Below, in pieces: positions 21,455 through 31,468 of a stretch of DNA of 64,000 bases. The stretch lies in NCBI GenBank assembly GCA_963749075.1, contig CAVVLJ010000020.1, forward strand, positions 640,001 to 704,000, in the 5' to 3' direction. The stretch's first letter is position 1; every line of letters starts with the position of its first letter. The stretch comes from an uncultured Pseudomonadota bacterium (GTDB lineage Bacteria; Pseudomonadota; Alphaproteobacteria; JACZXZ01). The position numbers and the translations under genes were made by a program. The notes under the pieces were generated by a model. The model saw only the letters and a list, made by a program, of their open reading frames with translations. It did no database searches and was not told where the DNA came from.

Positions 21455-21976
21455 TCAGCCCTGAGGCGGCGGTGGCGGTGGCGGTGGCGGCGACCCTCCC
21501 GGCGGCGACCCTCCCGGCGGCGGCGGCGGCGGCGGTGCCGCCCCCGGTGCCGCCTGGAAGCCGGGCACTTGGTTCCCCTTGGAATACATGCACTGCGCGT
21601 AGGCGTTGTCGTAGCGCTGCTGCACGGTCATCTGCACGGCGCCGCCTGAGCTCGCGCCATAGGCGGTTCCGGCAACGGCGCCGGAGGCAGCACCTATGGC
21701 GGCACCGCGGCCGCCGCCGACCGCGGCACCCAGCCCGGCGCCGAGGAGGGTGCCGATGACGGCGCTGCCCAGCACCTGGTTCGACCCGGCGTTCTCCTGC
21801 CCGGCCACTTGCGACTGGGCGTACTGCCGGCACACGGCCTGATCCTGCTCGAACGACTCGAACGGCTTGTTCGGCGCCGGCATCACCTGCACGCTCGGCG
21901 ACAGCGGCTGCGGGCCGCATCCGCCGATCAGCACGACCGCCGCCAGCCCGGCTATCGTTGCTGCTAGGCGCTTCAT
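21455..21976 (-). CDS. Glycine-zipper (YMGG-like) lipoprotein
   Basis: Lipobox IGGC; P.V.VMP.PNKPFE.F..DQAVC, GAGLGAAVGGGRGAAIGA, Q.RYD.AYAQCMYSKGNQVP, poly-Pro tail. Confidence 0.85.
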   Translation of the reverse strand: MKRLAATIAGLAAVVLIGGCGPQPLSPSVQVMPAPNKPFESFEQDQAVCRQYAQSQVAGQENAGSNQVLGSAVIGTLLGAGLGAAVGGGRGAAIGAASGAVAGTAYGASSGGAVQMTVQQRYDNAYAQCMYSKGNQVPGFQAAPGAAPPPPPPPGGSPPGGSPPPPPPPPPQG

Positions 21977-21987
21977 GGCTGTTCTCC

Positions 21988-22497
21988 TCACTGTGGTGCA
22001 CCCTGCGGCGTCGCCGGAACCTGACGCCATTGGGTCGGACATGAGCTCACATAAGGATAATATCCCGCGGGATTGTCGCAATAGTACCAGGACTGCGCCG
22101 GTGGCGGGCCGCTTGCCGGCGGCGCCGGCTGCACCGCCACTGCCGGCGGCACGTAGGGGTCCGGATAGGGGTAGACCGGCGACCCGTAGAAGTACCAATA
22201 AGGCCCGACCACCCACCACCAGCCGAGGCGGCCGTCGTGAAAGGCGTGGTTCCAGCCCCCGCCCCGCCAGACGCCCCAGTCATGCTCCGTGAAATGCCGG
22301 GGGTCGCGGTCGCGGAAGCCGCCGCGCTCGTCATGGCCGCGGTTCGGTTCGCCACGCGGCGCCTCCCCACCTCGCGGCGCTCCGCCGGGCGCGGGGACGC
22401 CACCCGGCGGCGGCACTTGCGCGAACGCGGGTGCCGCGAATGCCGCGGCGCCTGCGGCAAGCAGGAGCGCGGACAACAATTGGCCTAGGGTCTTCAT
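21988..22497 (-). CDS. Small exported Pro-rich protein, paralog of 14741-15154
   Basis: Signal peptide MKTLGQLL..AFA; WWWVVGPYWY; WYYCDNPAGYYPYVSSCPTQWRQVPA. Confidence 0.78.
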   Translation of the reverse strand: MKTLGQLLSALLLAAGAAAFAAPAFAQVPPPGGVPAPGGAPRGGEAPRGEPNRGHDERGGFRDRDPRHFTEHDWGVWRGGGWNHAFHDGRLGWWWVVGPYWYFYGSPVYPYPDPYVPPAVAVQPAPPASGPPPAQSWYYCDNPAGYYPYVSSCPTQWRQVPATPQGAPQ

Positions 22498-22959
22498 GAT
22501 CGAGTTTCCTCCACCAGGGGGTGATCGCGGCCGTTCATCCGCCGCGGCATGCATGCCGCCTATTGCGCTGACGCAAGGCGAAGAGCAGGAGAAGCCAATC
22601 CGAGGAAACTAGGGTTCATACTAACCTTTGTCAATTTCTCCGGGATTGGCGCAAGGCCTCGTGGCCAAAGTGGCGCCGCTGTGGGGATCGGCGCATTTGC
22701 CCGGCTTTCTTGTTTGCTTTGCGTCCGTAATTGCCGTCGCACCCGATCGTGCAGTCAATCGAACTCAGTGGCAAGCAACTCCGTGGCAACCGACCCTCTC
22801 GGCATTTGCGTGGGTCACCGGCAATTACGCCCGAGCAACCCCTGAACCTGCGCGATCTTTTCCCGAGGGGCGGCACGCGGGAGCTTTTTTGCCGTGCCTC
22901 AAGCGCCCAAGCGTTTTATATCACTGTCCCGAAGATGGCGGAGGCTTGCTGAACCCGCG

Positions 22960-23550
22960 ATGAACGAAGATGCCGGCGCAGATCCCATGGCGCTCTTCCG
23001 CAGCTGGTTCGAGGAGGCGGAGGCGAGCGAGCCGGCGGAGGCCAATGCCGTGGCGCTCGCGACGGCGGACGCGGCCGGCGCGCCCTCGCTGCGCATGGTG
23101 CTGCTCAAGGACGCCGACGAGCGAGGCTTCGTGTTTTATACCAACAGCGAGAGCCGCAAGGGCCGCGAGCTCGCGGAGAATCCGCGCGCGGCGCTGTGCT
23201 TCCATTGGAAGTCGCTGCGCCGCCAGGTGCGCATCGAGGGCCCGGTGGCGCTCGTCTCCGAGAGCGAGGCCAACGCCTATTTCGCGACGCGCCACCGTCA
23301 GAGTCAGATCGGCGCCTGGGCATCCCAGCAGTCGCGTCCGCTCGCCGGCTTCCTCGAGCTCGAGCGGCGCGTGGCGCAGTACGCCGCCCGCTTCGGCCTC
23401 GGCACGGTGCCGCGACCGCCCTATTGGACAGGCTACCGCTTGCAGCCCGAACGCATCGAGTTCTGGCGCGACCGCCCGTTTCGCTTGCACGAGCGCATCG
23501 TGTATCATCGCAGCGAAGGCGGCTGGCGCACGGAGCGCCTTTATCCCTGA
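22960..23550 (+). CDS. pdxH: Pyridoxine/pyridoxamine 5'-phosphate oxidase
   Basis: [48 protein letters not shown]. Confidence 0.97.
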   Translation: MNEDAGADPMALFRSWFEEAEASEPAEANAVALATADAAGAPSLRMVLLKDADERGFVFYTNSESRKGRELAENPRAALCFHWKSLRRQVRIEGPVALVSESEANAYFATRHRQSQIGAWASQQSRPLAGFLELERRVAQYAARFGLGTVPRPPYWTGYRLQPERIEFWRDRPFRLHERIVYHRSEGGWRTERLYP

Positions 23551-23589
23551 GCGTCCCGGCCTCGGGCTCGACGCCGCCGCGAGGGAGAA

Positions 23590-24507
23590 ATGACGGAGCG
23601 CGGCACCGTGAGCGGACGCAGCGCGCGGCTGATGACCGCGGCCACCTACGCCTCCGTCACCGCGGCCGGCGTCCTCATCCTCGTCAAGATCGGCGCCTAT
23701 CTGGTGACCAACTCGGTGGCCCTGCTCTCAACCCTCATCGATTCGCTGCTCGATGCCGCGGCCTCGACCGTCAACCTCTTCGCCGTGCGCCAGGCGCTGG
23801 TGCCCGCCGACCAGGAGCACCGCTTCGGCCACGGCAAGGCGGAGGCGCTCGCCGGCCTCGCCCAATCGGCCTTCATCGCGGGCTCCACCCTCTTCCTCAT
23901 CTTCCAAGCCGGCCGCCGCCTCATCGAACCGCAGCCGGTGCGCAACGGCGTCGTCGGGATCGCCGTCATGGCGTTCTCGCTCGTGGTGACGCTTGGCCTC
24001 GTGGCCTACCAGCGCCACGTCGTGCGCGTCACGGGCTCGCTCGCCATCAAGGCCAACGCGCTCCACTACCTCGGCGACCTCATGGTCAACGGCAGCGTGA
24101 TCCTGTCGCTCGCCCTCGGCATGGAGTTCGGCTGGCATCTCCTCGACCCGCTCTTCGCCATCGCGATCGCCCTCTATATCGTGACGAGCGCCTGGTTCAT
24201 CGCCCGCCAGTCCCTCGACCAGCTCATGGACCGCGAGCTGCCCGACGAAGCGCGCCGACGCATCAGGGAGATCGTCCTCTCCCATCCCGGCGTGGTGACG
24301 CTCCACGATCTGCGCACGCGCGCTTCCGGGCCGATGCAGTTCATCCAGCTCCACCTCGAGATGGACCCCGCCATCACGCTGCTGCGCGCCCACGAGATCG
24401 CCGATGCCGTCGAGGCGCAGCTGTGCGACGCCTTTCCCGGCTCGGAGGTGCTCATCCACGAAGATCCGGCCGGGCTCGCCGAGCCGCGGCCGAATTATGT
24501 GCGCTGA
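23590..24507 (+). CDS. fieF: Cation diffusion facilitator transporter (FieF/YiiP-like)
   Basis: LIDSLLD, PADQEHRFGHGKAEAL, LHYLGD, HDLRTR, IHEDP. Confidence 0.88.
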   Translation: MTERGTVSGRSARLMTAATYASVTAAGVLILVKIGAYLVTNSVALLSTLIDSLLDAAASTVNLFAVRQALVPADQEHRFGHGKAEALAGLAQSAFIAGSTLFLIFQAGRRLIEPQPVRNGVVGIAVMAFSLVVTLGLVAYQRHVVRVTGSLAIKANALHYLGDLMVNGSVILSLALGMEFGWHLLDPLFAIAIALYIVTSAWFIARQSLDQLMDRELPDEARRRIREIVLSHPGVVTLHDLRTRASGPMQFIQLHLEMDPAITLLRAHEIADAVEAQLCDAFPGSEVLIHEDPAGLAEPRPNYVR

Positions 24508-26098
24508 GCCGCGCGCGAGCCATGTGGTCGAGGACCAGAGCGAGGCGATCGCCTTTCTCGCGGCACCTGAGAGCCACGGCGGGGCTGCGGTCGAGCGCAT
24601 CGACACCCACGGCGCCGTGGTCGTGCTCGCCGGCGCGCGGGCCTATAAGCTCAAGCGCGCGGTCAAGTTCCCCTATATGGACTATTCCACGCTGGCGTTG
24701 CGCCGCCGGGCCTGCGAAGCCGAGCTGGCGCTCAACCGGCGCACGGCGCCGGAGCTCTATCTCGCGGCACTCCCCATCACGCGCGCCCCGGACGGCGGCC
24801 TAGCGCTCGGCGGCGGCGGCCCGGCCGTCGATTGGGTCGTCGTCATGCGCCGCTTCGCGGAGGGTGCGCTCTTCGAGCGCATGGCCGAACGGGGCGCCCT
24901 CGCGGCACCGCTCATGACCGCGCTCGCCGACGCGGTGCTGGCGCTCCACAGGGCAGCCGAAGTGCGCCCCGAGCACGGCGGAAGTGCCGGCATCGCGCGC
25001 GTGATCCGCGGCAACGACCGCGGACTCGCCGAGGCTCGGGAAGCGGGCATCGATGCGCGCGAGGTGCTGCACCTCGGCCAGGCGAGCGAGGCAGCGCTGC
25101 AGCGCCTGGCACCGCTCCTCGAGGCGCGGCGCCTCTCCGGCCTCGTGCGCCACTGCCACGGCGATCTCCATCTGCGCAACATCTGCCTGTGGGGCGGCCG
25201 GCCGACGCTCTTCGACGCCATCGAGTTCAACGACGAGATATCTTGCGTCGACGTGCTCTACGACCTGGCCTTCCTCCTCATGGACCTCGACAAGCGCGGG
25301 CTCGGGCCGCTCGGCAACCGCGTCTTCAACCGCTATCTCTCCGAGGGCGCCCGCGACGCCGCACTCGGTGATCTCGGCGGATTGGCGGCGCTGCCGCTTT
25401 TTCTCTCCTGCCGCGCCGCGGTGCGCGCGCAAGTGGGTGCCGCGGCGGCGGCGGCCCAGCGCGATGCGCAAGCTGAGCGCCGCGCGGTCGCGGAGGCCGG
25501 CAGCTATCTCCGCCTGGCGCTCGGCTACCTGGCGCCGCCGCCCGCCGTGCTCGTGGCGGTGGGCGGTCTCTCGGGCAGCGGCAAGTCGACCCTCGCCGAG
25601 GCGCTCGCACCCTCCCTCGGTGCGGTGCCGGGCGCGCTGGTGCTGCGCAGCGACGTGATCCGCAAGCATCTCCTCGGATGCGATCCGCTCGCCCGCCTCG
25701 GTCCCGAGGGCTACACGCCCGAGATGACCGCGCGCGTCTATGCCGCCATGCGGAGCCGCGCGCGCACGGCCCTCGCGGCCGGACACGCGGTGATCGCCGA
25801 CGCCGTGCATGCGCGGCCAAGCGAGCGCGCGGCGCTCGAGGCCGTGGCGCGCGAGGCGGGCGCCCGGTTCCGCGGATTGTGGCTCGAGGCGCCGTCCCGC
25901 GTGCTGGGGTGCCGCGTCGAGCGGCGCGAGGGCGACGCCTCCGATGCCTCCGATGCCACGGCCGCCGTGCTGCACGCGCAGCTCGCCCTCGAGCTGGGCG
26001 CGCTCGGCTGGCACAAGCTCGACGCCGCCGGCCCGCCCGCAGAGACGCTGGCCGCAGCCCGTACCGTTCTCGGGCTATCGGCCGATGGCCGCCATTGA
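24497..26098 (+). CDS. Bifunctional aminoglycoside-phosphotransferase-like / AAA_33 P-loop kinase protein
   Basis: AYKLKRAV, ELALNRR.AP, CHGDLHLRNI, FDAIEF, then GGLSGSGKST and RSDVIRK. Confidence 0.9.
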   Translation: MCAEPRASHVVEDQSEAIAFLAAPESHGGAAVERIDTHGAVVVLAGARAYKLKRAVKFPYMDYSTLALRRRACEAELALNRRTAPELYLAALPITRAPDGGLALGGGGPAVDWVVVMRRFAEGALFERMAERGALAAPLMTALADAVLALHRAAEVRPEHGGSAGIARVIRGNDRGLAEAREAGIDAREVLHLGQASEAALQRLAPLLEARRLSGLVRHCHGDLHLRNICLWGGRPTLFDAIEFNDEISCVDVLYDLAFLLMDLDKRGLGPLGNRVFNRYLSEGARDAALGDLGGLAALPLFLSCRAAVRAQVGAAAAAAQRDAQAERRAVAEAGSYLRLALGYLAPPPAVLVAVGGLSGSGKSTLAEALAPSLGAVPGALVLRSDVIRKHLLGCDPLARLGPEGYTPEMTARVYAAMRSRARTALAAGHAVIADAVHARPSERAALEAVAREAGARFRGLWLEAPSRVLGCRVERREGDASDASDATAAVLHAQLALELGALGWHKLDAAGPPAETLAAARTVLGLSADGRH

Positions 26099-26108
26099 TA
26101 TAGATCAC
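26095..26108. promoter_or_regulatory. FNR/FixK-type box upstream of a universal stress protein gene
   Basis: TTGAT-atag-ATCAC, one mismatch to TTGAT-N4-ATCAA, about 55 bp before ATG 26162. Confidence 0.6.
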
Positions 26109-26161
26109 GGCGCGCGCCGGCTCGCGCAGCTAGGGATTTCGCAGATTTTCCGCTGGAGGAG

Positions 26162-27016
26162 ATGATGGCCATCAAGAGCATCTTGATTCCCCTGACAGGC
26201 TACGAGGAGGGCGAGGTCGCGCTGGTGGCGGCACTCGGCCTGGCGCGCCGGCTCGGCGCCTATGCCGACGTGCTGCACGTGAAGCCGGATCCGCGCGAGG
26301 CCGTGCCGCTCATCGCCGAGGGGACCTCCGGCCCGGTGATCGCCGACATCATCGAGGCCGCCGAGAAGGAGGCGGCGCTGCGCGCCGAGACGGCGGAGCG
26401 CTTCTTCGTCTCGGCCTGCAAGGCGGCCAAGGTCACCACCGCCGGCGAGAGCGCCGGCGCGCGCTTCCGCAGCCTGGTCGGCCGCGCGCCGGACGACGTG
26501 CCGCTCGCCGCGCGCGTGCGGGATCTCGTCGTCATGATCCGGGTGCCCGAGGAGAGGGACATCGACTGGCGGCTCACCCTCGAGGCGACGCTCGTCGAAG
26601 GCGGCCGGCCCGTCCTCGTCCTGCCGGCCGACACGCGCGGGCCGTTCGGCAAGGCGGTGGCGCTCGCCTGGAACGGCAGCGTCGAGGCGGCGCGCGCCGC
26701 AACGGCGGCCTTGCCGCTGCTCGCGCAAGCCGAGCGCGTGCTGCTGCTCTCGGGCGTCAAGCAGGCGCCGGTCGAGCCGAGCCTCGACGCCCTCGCCGAA
26801 TGGCTCGGCCACCACGGCATCAAAGGCGAGGCGAAGCGCGTGGCGCTCAAGGGCTGGCCGGTCGGCAGCGAGCTGGTCGGCGAGGCGGCCGCCGCGGGCG
26901 CCGATCTCCTGGTGATGGGCGCCTACGGCCACAGCCGCATGCGCGAGACCATCTTCGGCGGCGCCACCCGCGCCGTGCTCAACGAGTCCCGCCTGCCGGT
27001 CCTCCTCGAGCATTGA
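26162..27016 (+). CDS. Universal stress protein (tandem USP domains)
   Basis: GRPVLVLP, AWNGSVEAARA, DLLVMGAYGHSRMRETIFGGATR. Confidence 0.93.
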   Translation: MMAIKSILIPLTGYEEGEVALVAALGLARRLGAYADVLHVKPDPREAVPLIAEGTSGPVIADIIEAAEKEAALRAETAERFFVSACKAAKVTTAGESAGARFRSLVGRAPDDVPLAARVRDLVVMIRVPEERDIDWRLTLEATLVEGGRPVLVLPADTRGPFGKAVALAWNGSVEAARAATAALPLLAQAERVLLLSGVKQAPVEPSLDALAEWLGHHGIKGEAKRVALKGWPVGSELVGEAAAAGADLLVMGAYGHSRMRETIFGGATRAVLNESRLPVLLEH

Positions 27017-27082
27017 GCGCGGGGAGGCACCGCTCCTTTCGCGGCGCTGGCGTCACGGGCGGATTGCGCTAAACTCCGGCCC

Positions 27083-27826
27083 ATGCCCGACGAGACACCG
27101 AAGACGGTCCTCTTGACCGGCGCCAGCCGCGGCATCGGCCACGCCAGCGTCAAGCGCTTCTCCGACGAGGGCTGGCGCATCATCACCTGCAGCCGCGAGG
27201 ACGTGCCGCCCGAGTGCAAGCGCGATCCCAACTGGACGCACCATGTGGTGACCGACCTGGCGGAGCCTGCGAGTGCCGGGGCCTTCATCGCCGAAGCGGT
27301 CGAGCTCCTCGAGGGTGCCGCCCTCCATGCCCTCGTCAACAATGCGGCGGTCTCGCCCAAGGCGCCGTTCAGCGAGCGCCTGGGCTCGCTCAACGGCGAC
27401 CTCGACGAGTGGCGCCGCGTCTTCGAGCTCAATTTCTTTGCCCCGCTGGCGCTCTCGCGCGGGTTCGCCCCGGCGCTCGCCAAGGGCAAGGGCTGCATCG
27501 TCAACATCACCTCGATCGCCGGGCACGCCATCCATCCCTTCGCCGGCTCGGCCTATTCGACCTCGAAGGCCGCCCTCTCGGCGCTCACGCGCGAGATGGC
27601 CGTCGAGTTCGCGGCACTCGGCGTGCGCGTCAATGCGGTGGCCCCGGGCGAGATCGAGACGGCGATGGTGGGGCCCGAGTACGACAGCCTCATCCCGCGC
27701 ATCCCGCTCCATCGCCTGGGCACGCCCGAGGAGGTGGCAGGGGTGGTCTTCCAGCTCTGCTCGGCCGACTTCGGCTACGTCACCGGCACCGAGATCTTCA
27801 TCACCGGCGGGCAGCACTTGCTCTGA
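27083..27826 (+). CDS. Short-chain dehydrogenase/reductase
   Basis: TGASRGIG, LVNNA, YSTSK, VNAVAPG. Confidence 0.93.
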   Translation: MPDETPKTVLLTGASRGIGHASVKRFSDEGWRIITCSREDVPPECKRDPNWTHHVVTDLAEPASAGAFIAEAVELLEGAALHALVNNAAVSPKAPFSERLGSLNGDLDEWRRVFELNFFAPLALSRGFAPALAKGKGCIVNITSIAGHAIHPFAGSAYSTSKAALSALTREMAVEFAALGVRVNAVAPGEIETAMVGPEYDSLIPRIPLHRLGTPEEVAGVVFQLCSADFGYVTGTEIFITGGQHLL

Positions 27827-27830
27827 CGAG

Positions 27831-27914
27831 CAGACGACGGACGACAGACGACGGATGACTGACGCGATGCCCGGATCCGGCATCCGTCGTCCGTCATCTG
27901 TTTTCTGTCCTCCG
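27831..27914. repeat. Palindromic element built from heptamer repeats
   Basis: Left arm ACGACGG-ACGACAG-ACGACGG-ATGACTG, central GATGCC..GGCATC, right arm CCGTCGT-CCGTCAT-CTGTTTT-CTGTCCT; lies between convergent genes. Confidence 0.65.
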
Positions 27915-28430
27915 ATCCTCGAACCATCTCCTGCGCGCCTCGAGCTGGGCGAGGTCGTGGCCGAGCCAGTCGGCGAGGAGGCCGGCGGGCTCGCGCGCGC
28001 GCAAGTCGGCGAGGCGGGCGATCTCGCCCTCGGTCGCCTCGACGAGGAGGTCGAGCTGCTGGCGCTTCTCATCGGCGTCGAGCAGGTCGAAGAAGCGCAT
28101 CTTGAGCGCCACCACGAGCTTGTTGAGGTCGTCGACGGGCGAGCGCACGCGGCTCTTGAGGAGGGTCTTGAGCTCGGCGCGGCCGGCCTCGGTGATGGCG
28201 AGGCGCGCGTCGTCCGCGATGTCGCTGCCCTCGACCGGCTCGACCAGCCCCTCGAGGCGGAGAAGCTCGATCGAGGTGCCGAGGATGTCGAGGGACGGCC
28301 CCATCACCCGGCTCGCGAAGTGGCGCACCGCGGCCGCGAGTGCCGCGTAGCGCTCGGGCCCGCCCGCGAGGATGCCGAGGGCGCAGAGCCTGATCGCCTC
28401 GGTCGGGATGAGCGTCTTGTCGCGGTACAT
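27894..28430 (-). CDS. Conserved hypothetical protein with a PadR-like winged-helix fold
   Basis: AIRLCALG.L..GP..Y, ELLRLEGLV, ITEAGRAEL PadR-like pattern; downstream of hemA. Confidence 0.7.
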   Translation of the reverse strand: MYRDKTLIPTEAIRLCALGILAGGPERYAALAAAVRHFASRVMGPSLDILGTSIELLRLEGLVEPVEGSDIADDARLAITEAGRAELKTLLKSRVRSPVDDLNKLVVALKMRFFDLLDADEKRQQLDLLVEATEGEIARLADLRAREPAGLLADWLGHDLAQLEARRRWFEDRRTENR

Positions 28431-28499
28431 GCGTCGCGGCCCCTATTGGCTATGACGGGATATGGGGACGCAGGACCCTCAAGTCCAGCTGCCGGCGGC

Positions 28500-29714
28500 T
28501 CACGCCGCGCGTCTCAGGCCGAGCCTCGACCACACGTCGCGCAAGGCCTCGAGGAGGCGGTCCACGTGCCGCTCCTCGTGGAGCGGGCTCGGCGTGAGCC
28601 TCAGGCGCTCGCTGCCGCGCGGCACGGTCGGGTAATTGATCGGCTGCACATAGATGCCGTGGCGATCTAAGAGCTCGTCGCAGGCCTCCTTGCAGAGGCA
28701 CGCGTCGCCCACGAGGAGCGGGACGATGTGGCTGGCGCTCGCCATGACCGGGAGCCCGGCCGCCTCGAGGCGGCGCTTGAGGGTCAAGGCGCGCTCCTGG
28801 TGGCGCTGCCGCTCGGCGCCGCTCGCCTTCAGGTGCCGCACGCTGGCAAGCGCCCCGGCAGCAATGTGCGGCGGCAGCGCCGTCGTGAAGATGAAGCCCG
28901 CGGCGTGGCTGCGCACCGCGTCGACCAGCGCCGCCGAGCCCGCGATATAGCCGCCCATGCAGCCGAAGGCCTTGCCGAGGGTGCCCTCGATGACCGCGAG
29001 GCGGTGCATCTGGCCTTGGCGCTCCGCAATGCCGCCGCCGTGCGGACCGTAGAGGCCGACGGCGTGCACCTCGTCGAGGTAGGTGAGGGCGCCGAAGCGC
29101 TCCGCGACATCGCAGAGCGCGGCGATGGGGCCGATGTCGCCGTCCATCGAATAGACGCTCTCGAAGGCGACGAGCTTGGGGGCGGCGGGATCGCTCTCGC
29201 CGAGGAGGCGCTCGAGGTCGCGTGCATCGCTGTGCCGGAAGATGCGCTTCTGGGCGCCGCCGTGGCGCATGCCCTCGATCATCGAGGCATGGTTGAGCGC
29301 GTCCGAGAAAATGACGAGCCCGGGGAGCAGCCGGCTCAAGCTGGCGAGCGCCGCCTCGTTGGCGACGTAGCCCGAGGTGAAGAGGAGGGCGGCCTCCTTG
29401 CCGTGGAGTGAGGCGAGCTCGCGCTCGAGGAGCACGTGCTCGTGGCTGGTGCCCGAGATGTTGCGCGTGCCGCCGGCGCCGGCGCCGGCGCGCTCGAGCG
29501 ATTGGCGCATGGCGGCGAGCACCGCCGGATGCTGCCCCATGCCAAGGTAGTCGTTGCTGCACCACACCACGACCTCGCGGCTCCGGCCGTCGGGCGTGCG
29601 GTAGGTGGCGTTGGGGAACGACCCGGCATGGCGCTCGAGGTCGGCGAAGACGCGATAGCGCCCCTCGGCCTGAAGTGCCCCGAGTGCCTCGCGGAAGCGG
29701 CGCTCATAGTCCAT
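28500..29714 (-). CDS. hemA: 5-aminolevulinate synthase
   Basis: [66 protein letters not shown]. Confidence 0.98.
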   Translation of the reverse strand: MDYERRFREALGALQAEGRYRVFADLERHAGSFPNATYRTPDGRSREVVVWCSNDYLGMGQHPAVLAAMRQSLERAGAGAGGTRNISGTSHEHVLLERELASLHGKEAALLFTSGYVANEAALASLSRLLPGLVIFSDALNHASMIEGMRHGGAQKRIFRHSDARDLERLLGESDPAAPKLVAFESVYSMDGDIGPIAALCDVAERFGALTYLDEVHAVGLYGPHGGGIAERQGQMHRLAVIEGTLGKAFGCMGGYIAGSAALVDAVRSHAAGFIFTTALPPHIAAGALASVRHLKASGAERQRHQERALTLKRRLEAAGLPVMASASHIVPLLVGDACLCKEACDELLDRHGIYVQPINYPTVPRGSERLRLTPSPLHEERHVDRLLEALRDVWSRLGLRRAA

Positions 29715-29767
29715 CGGCGACCTCCCCGGACAGCTGCCCGTGCTTAGGCCCGATCGTGGCGCGCCGG

Positions 29768-29786
29768 AATGTGTCACATTGCCGCG
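29768..29786. promoter_or_regulatory. Palindrome AATGTG-T-CACATT overlapping a RegA/PrrA-like site upstream of hemA
   Basis: Minus strand reads CGCGGC-aatgt-GACAC, fitting the degenerate PrrA/RegR pattern, about 55-70 bp upstream of hemA. Confidence 0.35.
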
Positions 29787-29799
29787 GACGGCCCCTCTG

Positions 29800-31188
29800 C
29801 TACGCCGCCACGAGCTGGCGCTCGCGGAGGCCCGCGTGGGTCTCGTCGAGCGCCTTGGCGACGGCGTCGAACATGGCGTCGATCTCGCGCTCGCTGATGA
29901 TGAGGGGCGGGCAGAAGCCGAGCGTGTCGCCCATGCCGCGGGTGATGACGCCGTGCGCCTGGGCGAACTTGGAGGCAAGAATGCCGACGCCGTCCTTGGG
30001 CTCGAAGGCCTCCCGCGTCGCCTTGTCCTTGACGAGCTCGAGGCCGCCGATGAGGCCGACGCCGCGCGCCTCGCCGACGAGCGGGTGGCCTGAGAGCGCC
30101 CTGAGCCGCGCCTGGAAACGCGGCGCCACGCGCCCCACGTGCTCGAGGATGCGGCGCTCCTCGTAGATCTTGAGGGTCTCGAGCGCCACTGCCGCCGGCA
30201 CCGGGTGGCCGCCATAGGTGAAGCCGTGGGCGAAGACGCCGATCTTCTCGCTCTCGGCAACGAGGGCGCGGTAGATCTTCTCGTTCACCATGAGGGCGGA
30301 GATCGGCATATAGGCGGCGGAGAGCTGCTTGGCGACCGTGATCATGTCGGGCTCGAGGCCGTAGGTGGTGGTCGCGAACATGTTGCCGGTGCGCCCGAAG
30401 CCGCAGATCACCTCGTCGGCGAGGAAGAGCACGTCGTACTTCTTGAGCACCTTCTGGATCTTCTCGAAGTAGGTCTTGGGCGGCACAATGACGCCCCCCG
30501 CACCCATCACCGGCTCGGCGAAGAAGGCGGCGACCGTCTCGGGACCCTCGCTGAGGATGAGCGCCTCGAGCGCCTCCGCCATGCGCGTGGCAAAAGCCTC
30601 CTCGCTCTCGCCCGGCTTGCCGTAGCGGTAGTGATGGGGGCATTCGGTATGGAGGATGCGCGCGATCGGCAGGTCGAAGTCGCGGTGGTTGTTGGGCAGG
30701 CCCGTCAGGCTCGCCGCCGCCACGGTGACGCCGTGATAGCCGCGCAGGCGCGCGATGATCTTCTTCTTCTCCGGCTTGCCGATGGCGTTGTGGTAGTACC
30801 AGATGAGCTTGACCGCGCTGTCGTTGGCCTCCGAGCCGGAGTTGGCGAAGAACACCTTCGACATGGGCACCGGCGCCATGTTGATGAGCCGCTCGGCGAG
30901 CTCGATGCCGACCTCCGAGGTCTTGTGGCCGAAGGCATGGTAGAAGGGCAGCTTGCGCATCTGCTTGACCGCGGCGTCGATGAGGCGCTCCTCGCTGAAG
31001 CCGAGCGAGGCGCACCACAGGCCGCCCAGGCCCTCGATGTAGCGCTTGCCCGCATCGTCGTACACGTAGACGCCCTCGCCGCGGGTGATGACGAGCGGGC
31101 CTTCCTTCTCGTGGACGCTCAGGTTCGTGTAGGGATGCAGGTAATAGGCGATGTCGCGCGCCTGGTTCGAGTTCAATCGGGCGGTCAT
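29800..31188 (-). CDS. Class III (omega-amino acid) aminotransferase
   Basis: [49 protein letters not shown]. Confidence 0.95.
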   Translation of the reverse strand: MTARLNSNQARDIAYYLHPYTNLSVHEKEGPLVITRGEGVYVYDDAGKRYIEGLGGLWCASLGFSEERLIDAAVKQMRKLPFYHAFGHKTSEVGIELAERLINMAPVPMSKVFFANSGSEANDSAVKLIWYYHNAIGKPEKKKIIARLRGYHGVTVAAASLTGLPNNHRDFDLPIARILHTECPHHYRYGKPGESEEAFATRMAEALEALILSEGPETVAAFFAEPVMGAGGVIVPPKTYFEKIQKVLKKYDVLFLADEVICGFGRTGNMFATTTYGLEPDMITVAKQLSAAYMPISALMVNEKIYRALVAESEKIGVFAHGFTYGGHPVPAAVALETLKIYEERRILEHVGRVAPRFQARLRALSGHPLVGEARGVGLIGGLELVKDKATREAFEPKDGVGILASKFAQAHGVITRGMGDTLGFCPPLIISEREIDAMFDAVAKALDETHAGLRERQLVAA

Positions 31189-31356
31189 CGGTGCCTCGCC
31201 ATTGGGGGTTCGCCGTTTCGTGTCGCCGCTAACCTACCTCGCCGCAGCCGGCAGGACAATGCGTGCATGCCGCGCGCGGCAATGTCCTTCGCGCATGGCG
31301 GCAAGGGGGATCGGCAAGGGGGATCGGTTGACCCGGCTCCCCCTCGGCCTCTATCG

Positions 31357-31370
31357 TTGACCTGCGTCAA
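31357..31370. promoter_or_regulatory. FixK/FNR-type palindrome upstream of the second USP gene
   Basis: Perfect TTGAC-ctgc-GTCAA about 100 bp upstream of ATG 31469. Confidence 0.65.
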
Positions 31371-31468
31371 TGAGCGGAGCGGGACTTCCCGCTTGAGTGG
31401 CCCGAGGCGCGGCCGCGTAATGTCGGAGCCGAAGCATAAGGCCGAAGCATGAGGATGGGGAGGCAGCC

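Noticed and set aside
21465-21550. GGC/GGT triplet repeats and a duplicated GGCGGCGACCCTCCC unit
   Set aside because: They simply encode the poly-Pro and GGSPP tail of the glycine-zipper lipoprotein.
25937-25957. 9-bp tandem duplication giving GDASDASDAT
   Set aside because: Small in-frame slippage in a loop, with no evidence of functional significance.
27831-27914. Short repeats considered as a CRISPR array
   Set aside because: Degenerate 7-mers in inverted arrangement, no unique spacers and no cas genes. No CRISPR array, tRNA or rRNA was recognised anywhere in the window.
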